DNA from: Parasitella parasitica NRRL 2501
Lineage: Eukaryota > Fungi > Mucoromycota
DNA length: 64,000 bases
NCBI GenBank assembly: GCA_025201805.1
Contig: MU619240.1
Location: 273,571-337,570, forward strand
Direction: 5' to 3'
In this document: positions 12,995-26,245 of the stretch, piece by piece
How the letters are laid out: each line of letters opens with the position of its first letter
Numbering within the stretch: position 1 is the first letter of the stretch
Notes under the pieces: generated by a model
Databases searched by the model: none
Told to the model about the DNA's origin: nothing
What the model saw: the letters and a program-made list of their open reading frames with translations, nothing else
Translations under genes and position numbers: made by a program

Positions 12995-15403
12995 ATGTCA
13001 GATAACGAAGTATTATCCACAGCAATGCCAACAATTATTCGCTACACGAAAGAAATGATGATAGGCTTGTATGATAGCCCACTTGTTCAAAAGCCAGAGG
13101 AGATGCCCTCTTTACTGACTTGGTTTGGGTAATTTTACAATACATTAGTAATTATTTATATCCAATGTCTAACCATGTTGCTTAGTGAGGATCCCGAATC
13201 ACCAGCTTGTAAAAATATTCTAAACGGTTCTATTATTACCCGCATTCCATCTGGTATGATATGATAATAAGCAAAGCATTGCATGATTTAACATTTTGTT
13301 ACTTTAGATAAAAGTATAATTCTCGGCCCTACAAAGACTAACTTTGCTTCTTCACTACATGGGGGCTTGAAAAGAACCGACGAAGGACCAAACATTTCAA
13401 AACCGCCACAGCCCAATCCATCAAGGCATAACCATAGACAGGTATTTCATACATCTTGGTATTCACTAAAAAGAAAAGCTGATTCCTTAATATGTAAAAG
13501 CTGGATGAGAGATCAAATAACACTGGATTAAAAGAATATCGTTCACCCCGTGGTCCTTCTTATGTTGGAGAAAAAGGATTTTTACACAGAACTGAAAGCA
13601 ACAAAACCTCATCTGACAGAAAATTCATGGGCTCATCGCCACCAAATAATAATAATAAACGATACAGTGAACGAACAGGCGATGCTAAAAACGGGATGAA
13701 TGGTAACAATGGAAGACGAGAATGTGAGTATGCAGCTAACAAAAAAAAAACGATATACTGTACTGATTTGATTCATGGGCAATAGACACGCATAATAATA
13801 ATAATCATAACAATAATAACAATCGTGCAAATGGTCGCAATAACCATCACAATAATAATTATCAAGATCCTGACGCTGAGAGAGTACCAGAATGGATGGA
13901 TTATACACCCGAAGCTGAAACTGAAGCAAAGGAAGAAGATATGCAAGCACAATTTGCTAATGATTTGGAAGCATGGAAATCAAATATGAAAAAGAGAGAC
14001 GGTATTAATGAAATTCCTGTTGCTGTTAAACCAGAAAAGAAGATTGAAGAATCATTAGAATCACTATCGATTGAACCTCAACAACCGGATCCTCTTTCTT
14101 TCTTTGAAGAAGCACCTGTAGATTCTCGTCGCGAACAAAAAGGTGGTTCTCGCTTCGCTAGGTTCTTTGCAAAACGTGAAGAGCCCATGACAACTGCCGT
14201 ATTTGAAACCGCCGTGCAACCTCAAGAATCTACTAGTGCTCAACCTCGCTCTATAAGCTTAGATGATCTATTTCAAGGCCCTCAACTCGCAACAGTTGGA
14301 ATGCCCACAACAAACCAATACAAGCAAGCACTACTCCCATTACATCAACAGCAACAACAACAGCAACAACAACAGCAACACCAAACTCCTCCGCCACAAC
14401 ATTTGCAGCACTTGCACTTGCAGCAACAACAGCAACAACAGCAACAGCAGCAACAGCAGCCAAATTTACGAGTATATTCGGAAGAGGATATTTTAAAATC
14501 TCTGGGTGCGAATAAAGCAAAAGGAAATCAAAATGAGGACGCAATGGGATTCAATCGTGTGCTTCAAATTTTATCTCAACCAAAACCCTCGTTGCCTCAT
14601 AACAACAGTAGCAATAAAGATGATGGACTGCAAGACTCACCAAGAGTAAAAATGATGACTGGCTCACCTTTTGAAAATAAATCCTCCTCCTCGACTTCTT
14701 CACCTTCCTCTGTATCCAATCGATTTGGTAACAATTTACCTACATCCGTATTACGTCAAATGAGTACAAGATCATCAGAAGGTAAATCACCTTCATTACA
14801 ACCTACAAAACCAACTCATTCTGGCTCGAATTTGCATTATTCTCCCGCAGCAGTAAAGCAACATTTACCACTCCACATTCAACAACAACATCAGCCGCAG
14901 CAAGTTCAACAAGCTCAACAACCGCAACAGCAACAGCAACAAATGCTGAATAGTATTCCATTGGCGGGACAATATTTTGCTTATCAACCACCTCCCTATT
15001 CACCTCAACCTCCAATAATGGATCATCGCGCATTTGAACAACTTGTCCAATTCAATAACAACAGTGACATCCGTCCACCAAACGGAATGCCACCACCTCA
15101 TTTAACTAATGGAAATAATTCTGATTATTTACATATGATGATGCCTCATCTTCCACCTCCAGGACAAAGACACATGACTCACCCTCCTCACTTTAATCAA
15201 CAACAAATCCTTCACATGCAAGGACAAGGACAAGCTAGGTTCCCATTGCAACAACAACAACAACCTAGGCCCCCTCATGTTATGGCTAATGGTAATTTTA
15301 CCTACAGTGTCTTTGTAGTAATGTATACTAATATCATAATTTCTGCTTAGGCATGCCACCACAACAAATGTTTGGGAAAAATCAAAATTGGGAGCGTCAA
15401 TAG
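12995..15403 (+). CDS. eIF4E-binding, 4E-T/Cup-like low-complexity protein (multi-exon, poly-Q)
   Basis: The spliced product starts MSDNEVLSTAMPTIIRYTKEMMIGLYDSP and contains IILGPTKTNFASS, PEWMD, GSRFARFF and SEEDILKSLG. The C-terminus is Q/P-rich and the last exon ends ...NWERQ*. Confidence 0.7.
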
Positions 15404-17722
15404 AACTACGGAAAATTTTTCCTTTTGTTTTTCTGGGATAAATAAAATTTCAGAAGAGCTTTCATACTCTTTGATTTTACAGACTAAAATTGGATTAGTT
15501 ATATGAGAAAAGCCTCTAACACGCACTAATCAAAGAAGACACCATTTGAGCAGAATCATCTGTTGTGTCAATAGTCAACAATGTAGAATAATATCTACCA
15601 AAAAAAAGGGGGGGGGGGAATGTCTATTTGTTTATAATGTCATCGTATCAAAACTGTATATAAACACATGTAGGTTCTGGCAAAGAGCAAATTAAAGCAT
15701 GCTTCAGACTTGATTGATACAAGCATGATCAGGGCTATTTGATGGGTAATTGATCTTCACTGAGGGACGTATCTATCAAAAGTTAAGTGCAAAAACAGCT
15801 TTTTTTACATAATTAAGAGCGCCATCAAGACCTATCGATATTTAGTCAATTAACAATTATGAATGTTTATGCTATTGTTGATGATAAGTTTAGAATATAA
15901 TGAGCAGAGACAAATTAGATGGGGTTTCTTATACAAGACATTTCCTGATTAATTCTACAGTTATTTAATAGAATTACCAACATTTAACATCAGATACAAT
16001 AATCCAGGAACGGCTTCCATGACAACGGTGAGTCAAAATAATGATGGCAATTGTATTCTATGGATGCAAACTGTTTCGCTTCAAGATGTTTGCTCATAAT
16101 TGCTCCACGCTAGATGATGTCAAATGATTATTTCCCTCTAATGATAAAATGATGGCTCTACTACCACCATACAAATTTTTAAACTTTCTTAACGGTATAA
16201 GGAAATAGTAGTTTTTGGTCTATAACTTCTACTAAGGCACCTCCTACTAATTATTGAAAATCATGCCTGCAGCACATTATAACCCTGGAGTTAGTCCTAC
16301 CTGATATTTATCTTATTTGCATCCCTAAACAGTTGTCTGCAAATACACTAAACTTCATACAAAAAGTGCACAAAAACATCTACAGCTTTGCATAAAGAAG
16401 CAATCAAGTATGTTTTATACTTGTCTGCCACTGTTACAGTTGTTGGTATATGATACGTACTTTATTTTCACTGAGCAACGTATATATTGAAATTTATTAT
16501 CTTCGAAAGTAATTGATTATTGATTAAAATAGTAGTATTGCTTGGAAAAGAAACTCAAATTTTGTTCTTCAACGTAATACCAAAATGGTAATTCTATTCT
16601 GTATCAAAATATGTTTATAAGGAATTCTTAGGCAACTTCTTTTTATTAAATTTTCTGTTAGAAAATACAAAATTTAATGAAAATCAATCTATATCAACAG
16701 TGCAGTTTTTCTTCAGTATTTTAATGTGCTTCAAGCTATTTTTTCCATGTTCATGCGCATAAATCTGTATATCAGATCCCAACATAAAATGCTTGCGGTT
16801 GCTTGTGCTCGAATATTTTATGAAGACTAGTTAGAGAGTGAAAAGCCAAATGTCACCCCCTAGGGAAAATATTTGATGGCTATTATGATTTTTTTCAGTA
16901 GTTTTTATACAGGATCTTCCCAAAGATAAAATATAATACTATCATGAACTACACAAAAAGTGTCATTTCTGCTACAATTATTTGAACTTGAGAGCAAACA
17001 CTCGACAATTGGAAAGGCTTTACTTGAAATACTATTATGCTATGATATCTGAAGGTCTGGATCTAAAGCTGACTCGACGCAGTGCAAGCTTACCTGCCAC
17101 ATCGTAAAGAGCTGGAACATTACTATGAAGTAATTATTATCAAGAAAATCCCAATGGATCACCTCATTCTGCAGCAGTGTATTATGAGAAAATTAAAAAA
17201 GAATGCAAGCAGGGCAAAGAAATTATACTGATTTATTGATAGTTTTCCATGATCCATGGAGTACAGTGAATATTCACGGTGGAAAAAAAAAGGAAATCAT
17301 CCTGAAGACATGATTTGCAACCCCTTGATTTGATGCACTTATCAGATGACAAAATATAACTTTTCACAAACTTTAATTTACTCATTCTAATATCCAGAGG
17401 AAATTATAGAAAATAGAACTATTAAGAGTTGGGCTATTTTTTAGATGATCTAAAAACAAAAAGATCTGATAAGTAGGACTTGAAATTTAATGAGCTTGGG
17501 TTTAAATAACGCAATCTTAGGATCTGATTAGGAATAGATTGTTGATCTGGAAAGAAATTTTTATTAAAGAGGTAGGGGTCAAGAAACAAAAATAAACAAG
17601 GGGAGAATAGGCAAAAGCTTGAGTTTGATTATCAGTAAAATTTTTAGTGATTAATGCATTTGTAATAGAAATAATGAAAGATGAAAAGAATGTAATTGCA
17701 ATTGTATGTTGAATGAGAGTAC

Positions 17723-18883
17723 TTAAATGAGAATGCCATTGCTGTTGGTTCCACGAGAGCAATTGTATAATTTACGAGATAAACTTAGCTTTTTTTGACG
17801 CCATTCCTCCTCAGAGTCTTGGATGCGACGTACAACATCTTCTTCACTCAGAAGACTGCCATTACCTACGACGAATGACTTCGCAAATGTATACTTCCAA
17901 AGCACTTGAGGATCGACACCTGCACCTTCCAACATGCGTTGCAAACGTGAAAGACGTGTATGACATTCATGAGTGTGAGAATGAACATATTTTACAAGAC
18001 TCGCAGGTAACTGACTGTCCTGATCTTGCTGTTGAACAATGTAATCTAATACAGGTTCAGATAAAGGGTCGTACTTGAAGCAGCCTTCTTTTGCTAGCTG
18101 TTGGTTTAAGCTTTTAAAGCTGTCCGTGTATATCTGTGTTGATGGTATATTTGATTTCAAACCACCTAGGACCCAATCCAAAGTAACACGGATCCATTGA
18201 ATCTCCATTTTGGGTGCTCTGGGCATAGGAGCCGAGCCTGTAACGGAACGATAGCTATAATAGGAGGTTGGTAAATTTGCTAATGTAGGTTGAGCGCGAG
18301 CAAGGTTTTCCATAGACTGTTTGGACGGTTGCTGATAAGATAAAGACAAGATCAATCCCTTGTCACCAACATAGCGTTGTCGATCACCTCTTGATTCCAG
18401 TGTTTGGTTCCAAGAAGGTAACTCATACGTCTTTTCAATAAAAGAGTTGTATTGATAATGGTACATGACCATGGCCTGATCTTGTGGACTTAGTTTTTCG
18501 TAGGGAATCTTTTGAGATTCGTTAGAAAACCAGCCAGAAAAGTGAATTTTTGTCAAGCGATGATAAGCACTCCACTGATTTGAAGAAGTATTAGCAAGCG
18601 ACAACACAGAAGAGCCGTCCCTAGGTCTGAATTCAATAATGCGATTCCTAGGATCATAACTCCTTGCCACCAATTCCAAAGACTTGTGTTTACAGCCATC
18701 CAGCTTTACAGCGATTGTTTGTTGCATTGACTTGATATGTTGATAAATGTGGAATTCACCCATGGCTTGGAATTTGCGACAAACAGTGCGAATGTGATAT
18801 ACTTCAGGATACGACAGATATGAGAAAATATTATATATGACTTCAGGCGCCATACTATCCAAATTATTCATTTTTATAGGCAT
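17723..18883 (-). CDS. F-box domain protein with uncharacterised C-terminal region
   Basis: 386-aa ORF with an N-terminal F-box, LDSMAPEVIYNIFSYLSYPEVYHIRTVCRKFQAM. Confidence 0.8.
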   Translation of the reverse strand: MPIKMNNLDSMAPEVIYNIFSYLSYPEVYHIRTVCRKFQAMGEFHIYQHIKSMQQTIAVKLDGCKHKSLELVARSYDPRNRIIEFRPRDGSSVLSLANTSSNQWSAYHRLTKIHFSGWFSNESQKIPYEKLSPQDQAMVMYHYQYNSFIEKTYELPSWNQTLESRGDRQRYVGDKGLILSLSYQQPSKQSMENLARAQPTLANLPTSYYSYRSVTGSAPMPRAPKMEIQWIRVTLDWVLGGLKSNIPSTQIYTDSFKSLNQQLAKEGCFKYDPLSEPVLDYIVQQQDQDSQLPASLVKYVHSHTHECHTRLSRLQRMLEGAGVDPQVLWKYTFAKSFVVGNGSLLSEEDVVRRIQDSEEEWRQKKLSLSRKLYNCSRGTNSNGILI

Positions 18884-19012
18884 TATATTTTATATAAAGA
18901 AAAAAAAAAAAAGGAGGAAAAATGCAGGATGCAATGTGGGAAAACTACTGCCTCTTTTATACAATTAAATTCTATGTGTAACTACCGGACAAGCTTTTGT
19001 CATGTTCGATTG

Positions 19013-19677
19013 CTATTCGTCGCATTTGCCATTGGCTGGGCCTGTCAACCAACGTTCAAATACCTTGCTACAATCGAACTGCTTCTTGCCTAGTTTCTCA
19101 TTGACCTTGTTATGGCGTCTGCAAAGCCATTCGCTCAAAGTTTCTCTGTTTGTTAAGTCAATTGGGTTTTCTGCCATGTCCTTTTTAAAATCGTTCTATT
19201 CTTATCGTGAGTCTCAAGTTAAAGTTTTAATCTAGTAGCTTTTAATACCTTGCAAAACCAACATGGGTAATGTTCAGAGAAGGATTCAAAGAATGACTTG
19301 ATGCTTTCTTGCTGATGCTTTTCTGGCTTTTCAGGGTAATATGCTGCCATGGTATGCAATAATGTCCATGTATGTCTTCCCAATGTCTGCACATCTGCAG
19401 GACAATTGTTACGTTTCCATTCATCATCAAATTTGGTTTCTGAATCTGTTTTCATACTACTGGCGGGATCCTCTTGACTTTTGGTTCCTGAATTAGTTTC
19501 CATAGAAGCCGATTGTTCTTTTGAATTAGTTGCTGCTGCTGATGCTGCTGCTGGCTTCTTTCCCTTTTCAAGCTTTGCCCAAGTTTTGAAATCAACACAG
19601 ACTCGACAGGGTTTACCATCTTTCATTGGAATTTGCTTTCCAGTTGTAGGGTCTACATAAACAGTTTCTCCCGCCAT
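19013..19677 (-). CDS. ERV1: FAD-linked sulfhydryl oxidase Erv1/ALR (2 exons)
   Basis: N-terminal shuttle KPCRVC, LGRHTWTLLHTMAAYYP, redox CWFC. The second exon reads WLCRRHNKVNEKLGKKQFDC...ERWLTGP. Confidence 0.93.
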
Positions 19678-19877
19678 TTTCTAACAAAATTAAAAGAGGA
19701 TAAAGAGCAAAATGAAGAGTTCTTACACCCCAGCTTTTGCTACGGCAACAAGGAAAAGACATTTTCCATATTCAAGTCATACAATAGAAACTCAGAGCAG
19801 AATCCTAACTGAACCGTTCAACTTGAATGTTTGTTTGGTTTCTATTCTTTTTTTTTCTAGCAATTGTATTAGTAATT

Positions 19878-22353
19878 ATGGCGAAAACAGATACATTAAA
19901 GGGTTCGAAGAGAGTTCCTTGTGAAGGCAAGTATTTATTTTTTCTATTTTATTACCAATTTACTCATTTCTACATGACATCTAGAATGTCGAGACCAAAA
20001 ACGCAAGTGTAATGGAGAAATTCCCTGTGAAAGGTATGAAGAAAAAATGAATAGGCAAGTACAGAACATTGATAATTTGCATAGGTGCCATAAATTCAAT
20101 TTGTGCTGTGTTTATACATCGACCCGCTCACCTCGAGATGAAGAATATATTGAACTTGCAAGAAGAAATGCTTTGATGTCACAGGTGGAATCCTTGAATA
20201 ATCAGATAAAGAACATGGAAGATTTGATGAGAGATATCAGCAAGAATAAGGGAGCTTCAGGATTGGCTTTGTCACCTGTCAACAGTACTCCTTCTTTGGT
20301 GGATGACAGTGATAAAAGTGTATCCAGCTACGAAGATAATTCTGTTGTCTGTCTTGCCTCTATTCCTTCTAATGTTGAAATCAACGATCTCGACAAATTT
20401 ATAAAACCGAAATCCAACAAGCGTATAAAGCTCATCGCCTCTTCTGGCGATGATGTTCACGTCTACTTATCACCAAATGACAAGAATGGCAGCGAAAATC
20501 AGGATAGATCTGCCCAGTGGACCCTCACATTTAAGAAGGGCAATATATGTATAGATACAAATGTCAAAACTCACAATGATCTGCTCAGCAATCTGTGCCA
20601 GATGATGGGTACTGTGGAATTGATGTCCCAATTACCACCTGGAGTTTCTTTAGTGATCAAACAGAACTCGCTCATAGGTATTCTCAACTTGCTAATCCGC
20701 AAGAAATATGGCAAAACACACTGCAAAAATGTTGCAAGATCTGTTCGAATTTTTATTACTCCAGATTTGTCCTCTGTCGACACTATGGTAGTTACTCAGT
20801 CTCCTGATTCATTTCAAACTACAGCTATGAAACTGCTTCGCGCTTATCTTCGCTGTCAGCATCTGCAACAACTGGCTATACATGCCCGTACTTTTATCCG
20901 CCTTTACGTTGATGGAAACGCTTTGGGAAATTCACCTGCTGCTATGGCTCTATGCGCGGCTATCTGCACCTTACGCTGCAAGCATGTGGCTGAGTGCTTA
21001 CCGTCAATATCTCTTGTGGAATATGGCAAATTCTATTTTGAGCGCGCGCGCGATCTCTTATCAGATCTTTTTGATCAATTTGATCTAGAAACATTAACTT
21101 GTTACACATTCATGACTATTTATAAACTAGCAGTTTCACACACAAAAGAGTCATTGCTCTATGCTGACATGGCCGAACGTATTATCCTGGTACTTACTCC
21201 CCAATACGACGCCATATTAAAGCAAAAGTCTACTGGTAACGATGGCGATGCTTCGTTTTTGCTGAGGAAAGGCGAGGCTGTCCACTTCAGCCGTCTCCGC
21301 AATCATTTGCACCGCGCACAAACTTTTGAGCAAATTTCGCGTGCTGGCAACCCTTCCATCACTCCTACTGCGAAGCATAGCATTCTATTAAATGGAATAG
21401 ACCTACCTTTTTGTACCCTGATTCACATGGGCGAAGGTAAATGGGAGATTGCTGAAGATGACTCGGTTCAAGAAAAGTGGTTTGCTGAAATGAATGGCTA
21501 CATCTTGCGTTTGCAGAGAGCAGAACATGAGGCAAGTCGGGGCGCTCAATCATGCGATTTACATCACCTTGTCGGCCTCATTGGCCATCAGGTTGAAATG
21601 GCTACTCGTCACTGGTACTACAAAGTTCTTCCGCCAGAATTTAGACTCTCGCTTCCTTTATACGACTCTAGCATGTCCTGCAACGAATACTACACAACAT
21701 TAGAGCGCGAATGCTCTCATAGCGCGATCCCTGTACTGACCACGTTGGCGCTTTATGAAGAGTGGATTGTTTTGAGCCAAAGCTATCTGCCCAAAAAGAT
21801 GCCATCTCCTGAAAGTGATTGGCGTCTCTTGAATGAAGTATGGCGTGGCGGTGCAACGGCAGACACAACAAATCAAAAGTGGATTCGTCGCGTAGCAAAG
21901 TTGATGGATCTACGCAAAGCCATTGATTTTGAAGGAACGGATCAGGAATATCTACTTGCGGTCAATTCGATGCTTGGCCCCACTGAAACATCCGTAGACT
22001 CTGCCACTGTTATCCTCGCTCTACACTCTGCCTTTAATACAATTCGATTAGTCAAATTCTTGCGATCCAGAGCAGCCGATTGCTACTTTGACATTCGTAT
22101 TCTTATAAATGCTTGGCAGTATTTGTTGACTATTTCCAAATTGCAAGGCTTAATGCCTGCCGAAGTATTAGTATTTATCCCTCGCATTCACAAAAACCTG
22201 ACTATTTGCATGTCGATTGTCCAAGAAGAACTCAGGTTGCAGCCATTCCAAGGCAAAGTCGGCGATTATGTTGTGGAAATGGAGCGAGATCTCAAGAGTC
22301 AAGTCATTAATGATGATGATGATTGCGACTGTGTAGCCTGTCCTAGCGCATAA
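19878..22353 (+). CDS. Zn(II)2Cys6 transcription factor with fungal TF middle-homology-like region (3 exons)
   Basis: The spliced N-terminus reads PCEECRDQKRKCNGEIPCERCHKFNLCC. Introns are 19927-19984 (GC-AG) and about 20034-20083. The long last exon runs to 22353. Confidence 0.88.
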
Positions 22354-22891
22354 TATCTTTGTCTTTACTCTGTTACATATTAATTTGCATTATCCTGTGT
22401 TTCTTGTTTGATACAAACTGCACAATGCTTACTTATACCTCATTTCCCCTACTTTTTCATTTACGTTTGATGTAATATTATACATATTATATTGATTTTC
22501 TCTACTTTTACTTTTAATGCACAATCATAATGATTTTTTATTTTACAAATGCAATGACCTTTTGGCACGATTGAAATTCCATATAAACCATCAGCATGTA
22601 GCGAACAAGTACATGAGGCACATACAAAGATTCTCACAGGATGTTAGATTTATAATGAGATATGCAAAAAATGAGTATATACTGTATCTAGCTCTCGGAT
22701 TAAACGCAAGCTAGTTCTCCTGGTTTTTGCGTTGGTTGGTACTATTTATCGCTGATAGACGATGGACTGTGATGATAGCGGGCTTCTTGCTAGTTACACG
22801 AACACAAGATAACAGAATACCGTTTGTAAATGTTTACTACTGGGGCGTGTAATTCACTCGTCTCTTGTTCATCTTCTTTTTTCGTGGTAAA

Positions 22892-23764
22892 ATGAAAGTA
22901 TCTTTAAAAAAATTTGCTATTTTTGCGTTGGGCATCGCTTCAACTGGTGTTAATGCTAATCTGTGTCAGGCGCTCCAAGGTCAAAAGGCAATTGATGAAT
23001 GTTACATGAAAATCGCCTTGGATTATGCTTTGATTCACAATCCTCGTTTTCCCTTTGGCGCCCTGATTGTGGACCACACCAAAAATGATATCTCTTGCTA
23101 TGGTGCAAATTCAAATAAGAAAAATAAGCTTCTTCATGGCGAAACCGCTGCTTTCTGGAAGTATGACTACTGTCTGTCAGAGACCGATACAATAGCTAAC
23201 ACCTTTTTTGATTTGTAGTTGCACTGAATTATGTCCGTCTCCAACCAATGATGATATGTTTGATCCTGGGCTTCACTGGTCTCATCAAACGCTTTATACT
23301 ACCGGTGAACCTGTAAGTAAAAGCTAATGTATAGCTTAAAATGTATGCTGATTAGCTATAGTGTCCTATGTGCGCATCTCAAAGCATCTATCGCGGCGTA
23401 TCTCGTGTAGTCTGGGGCACATCGATTCTTGATATCAACAAAAGTGGAAGACAGCAATTGATGATTAGCATGTAAGTAGTAGATTAAGCATCAAGTCAGG
23501 CAACTACTAAGCTGTGTTTTTAGGCATGATGTTGTAGCTTCTGCTAGACTTGGTGCCGACCTCGCTGATACCCAAGTTCCAACCCTTGAAGGAGGCATAC
23601 TAAAAGATGAATGTGATCATGCTTTCTGGTGTGCATTTGAAGTATTCAGAGATGATGATTACTTTACCGCTATGGCAAGAGATGGCAATGAAAAATACAT
23701 TGACGACAGAAATGCTCGTTTCAAATGCAAGACTGTACCTAAAAACACTCATGATGAGCTCTAA
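22892..23764 (+). CDS. Zn-dependent cytidine/guanine-type deaminase-fold protein with signal peptide and C-terminal HDEL (4 exons)
   Basis: Exons 22892-23160, 23219-23312, 23362-23471 and 23524-23764 give PFGALIV, HGE, LYTTGEPCPMC and RVVWG. The N-terminus is MKVSLKKFAIFALGIASTGVNA and the C-terminus is KNTHDEL*. Confidence 0.87.
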
Positions 23765-24265
23765 AGAATTATTTTGCAATATGGTTGACAGCCATTCCAT
23801 ATAAAATCACGCTGTATATATAGTTCTTATATTTTTAAACATGGCTAACAGCCACTGCCATCCCTAACACGCTGTACATAAATAAACATCAAATTTTGAT
23901 TGTGATTTCTGATAAGGCTCATTACGTGATATAAATTATAGCATGGAAATACATTAGCAATGTATATGTGTTTTTCCTTATAGTGGACAGGGCTACGATA
24001 TATCCGAAGCCTGTGTAAAGATTAAATTTGTTATCATTATCTATTATTTGTGTAACAGTGATGATATATTGTCTATCAAATATCCCTCAGCCAACATCTG
24101 CTCGATTCATAATCTTCATAATCAAGCTATCCTGATATTTTAAAAAAAAATTATCACTATCTTATCCTTTTGTGAAATAACATGTACAATTCCCATGTAC
24201 AAATATAAAACATATTATAAATATAGGCTTAGAATTGAATTGGCTTTCTTTCATCAAAAATCTCA

Positions 24266-25386
24266 ATGTCAACTTTTACTATCACTTCTGCTGCCGCTGC
24301 ATCAGCTGCTGTACCTGGCTCTCAAAGATGCTTTACAAGTGTTGACCTATCCGACTTTGATAATCGTCGAGACGAAATCATCAAGATTTTAATGGACGCT
24401 GCAACAACTCAAGGCTTCTTTTATGGTAAAATTAACATAATTAAATGAGAAGCAAGCACAAAAAGCTCACGAAAAAAACTGCTTTAATAGTTGTTAACCA
24501 TGGCATCAATATCAAGGACATCCGCAGTATGTTTCAAGCAAGCCAGAGTTTCTTTGCTCTAGATGATACTGTCAAGGCAAAATATCCTATAGATGTTAGC
24601 AGAAATGCTGGATGGGAGAAGCTTGCTCAAATCAGACCCTCGACCGGCGTTGCTGATCTCAAAGAATCAATGCAGCTTGGGTTCCACAATATGGAAGATA
24701 TTTGGCCGTCTGTGGAAGACTCTCCAAACTTTCGCCTTGTTGGTGAAAACTTCATGAACCAATGCAACCAGGTATCAATCAAGTTACTCACCTGCCTTGC
24801 TCTTGGTCTTGGTTTTGAAGAAGATTTTTTCACCAAATGCCACGACATTAGAAAGGAGGACTGTCTCAACACACTGCGTTGTCTTCATTATCATGATATC
24901 ACTGGCCAAACGTTTCCTCCTGAATACTGGCGTGCTGGTGCTCATACTGACTTTGATACATTGACCTTGTTATTCCAACGTCCTGGTGAGAATGGTCTTG
25001 AGGTTTGTCCTGGGCGTGAAGCCTCTACTGAGTTCGGTCATGGAGATTCATGGACGCCTGTGAACCCAGAAGAAAGTGATATTGTTTGTAATATTGGCGA
25101 CATGATTATGCGTTGGTCTGATGATCAGCTAAAGAGTAACTTCCATCGTGTCCGTGCACCTAGTGTTGGTGAATATCAAGGGCCTCGCTATTCTATTGCA
25201 TACTTCAACCAAGCAAATAAATCAGCCGTCATCCAAGGACGTACTCGTTATCCGGATCCCATCACTGCTGGTGATTTCATCAAGCAAGCTATGAAACGTA
25301 ACTACCATGCGCTCCAAGAATTGAAGAGCAAGAAGGAAGAGTCTCCTGCTCAACATCCTAGTGCTATTAGCACAGTTACTGCCTAA
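24266..25386 (+). CDS. 2-oxoglutarate/Fe(II) oxygenase, IPNS/DIOX_N-like family
   Basis: VDLSDF...AATTQGFFY/VVNHGI, LRCLHY, HTDFD, NIGDMIMRWSDDQLKSNFHRV, RYSIAYF (HxD...H...RxS). Intron 24426-24490. Confidence 0.92.
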
Positions 25387-26245
25387 ATTTTATTTGTATA
25401 TTCATGTCCCTTTTACAGAAAAATAAGGAGTTACTGTATTATATTGTATATTATAGAACATGGCTTATTCTTCTCTCTTTTAAATCTTTTTTAGTAAGAG
25501 GGATCGTACTTTTTAGCGGTGCAGCCAAATCCGCTCTAAAAACCTGTGTAAATATAATAAATTCATTGAAAAAATGCGTTGTATTCGTTATTAGCGCATC
25601 TCTTTTTATTTCAAGAGTCTCTAGATGGAGTATAGCATCTGGAATCCTAAGCGGTATCATATGCATGTACAAACTTTTATACTAAACAAATCCAGACAGG
25701 CTCAGGAAAATTTTCAAAGCAATTGAAATTTGGATAAGCTGTAGAAAGCCGCCCAGTTACAGATAATTAACTGGTTCCTATAAAATATGCTAAAGCATTA
25801 CATGCATTGTTCCATCTTTGAACATAACAATATAATGTCAAATCATTGAGGAGTAATTTCCATCTTACTTGTTATTGACTGTGTATGGTTGACTGTCCAT
25901 TGACCACACCAATTCGTATGCTACAAAGTGGATCTTTAAGAAAATAGTTTGCGTGATTATATTTTCCGTACTACATAACAAACATTACTATCATAAAGGT
26001 ATTATAAAATACATTATTAAGTGAATATCACGCTTTGTTATTAATAATTTACTTGGTCTTTACACTTTTGATAGGCTAGATTCTGCTGTTTTTGGCCGTT
26101 TCAAGTGTTCGGAATGGCATCCAACGATTTCTCTGTATTTATATTTGTTATCCGAAGCGTTTCTACCAAAAAAATAAGTGGCAAAAAAATTATCAATTTT
26201 TAAGAATTTTTCATGAGGGTCTATAAGGGAAAATGAACGGAAACC

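Noticed and set aside
14251-15362. Antisense and alternative-frame ORFs over the 4E-T-like gene and other genes
   Set aside because: Shadows of CAA/CAG repeats and codon bias in real genes on the other strand or frame.
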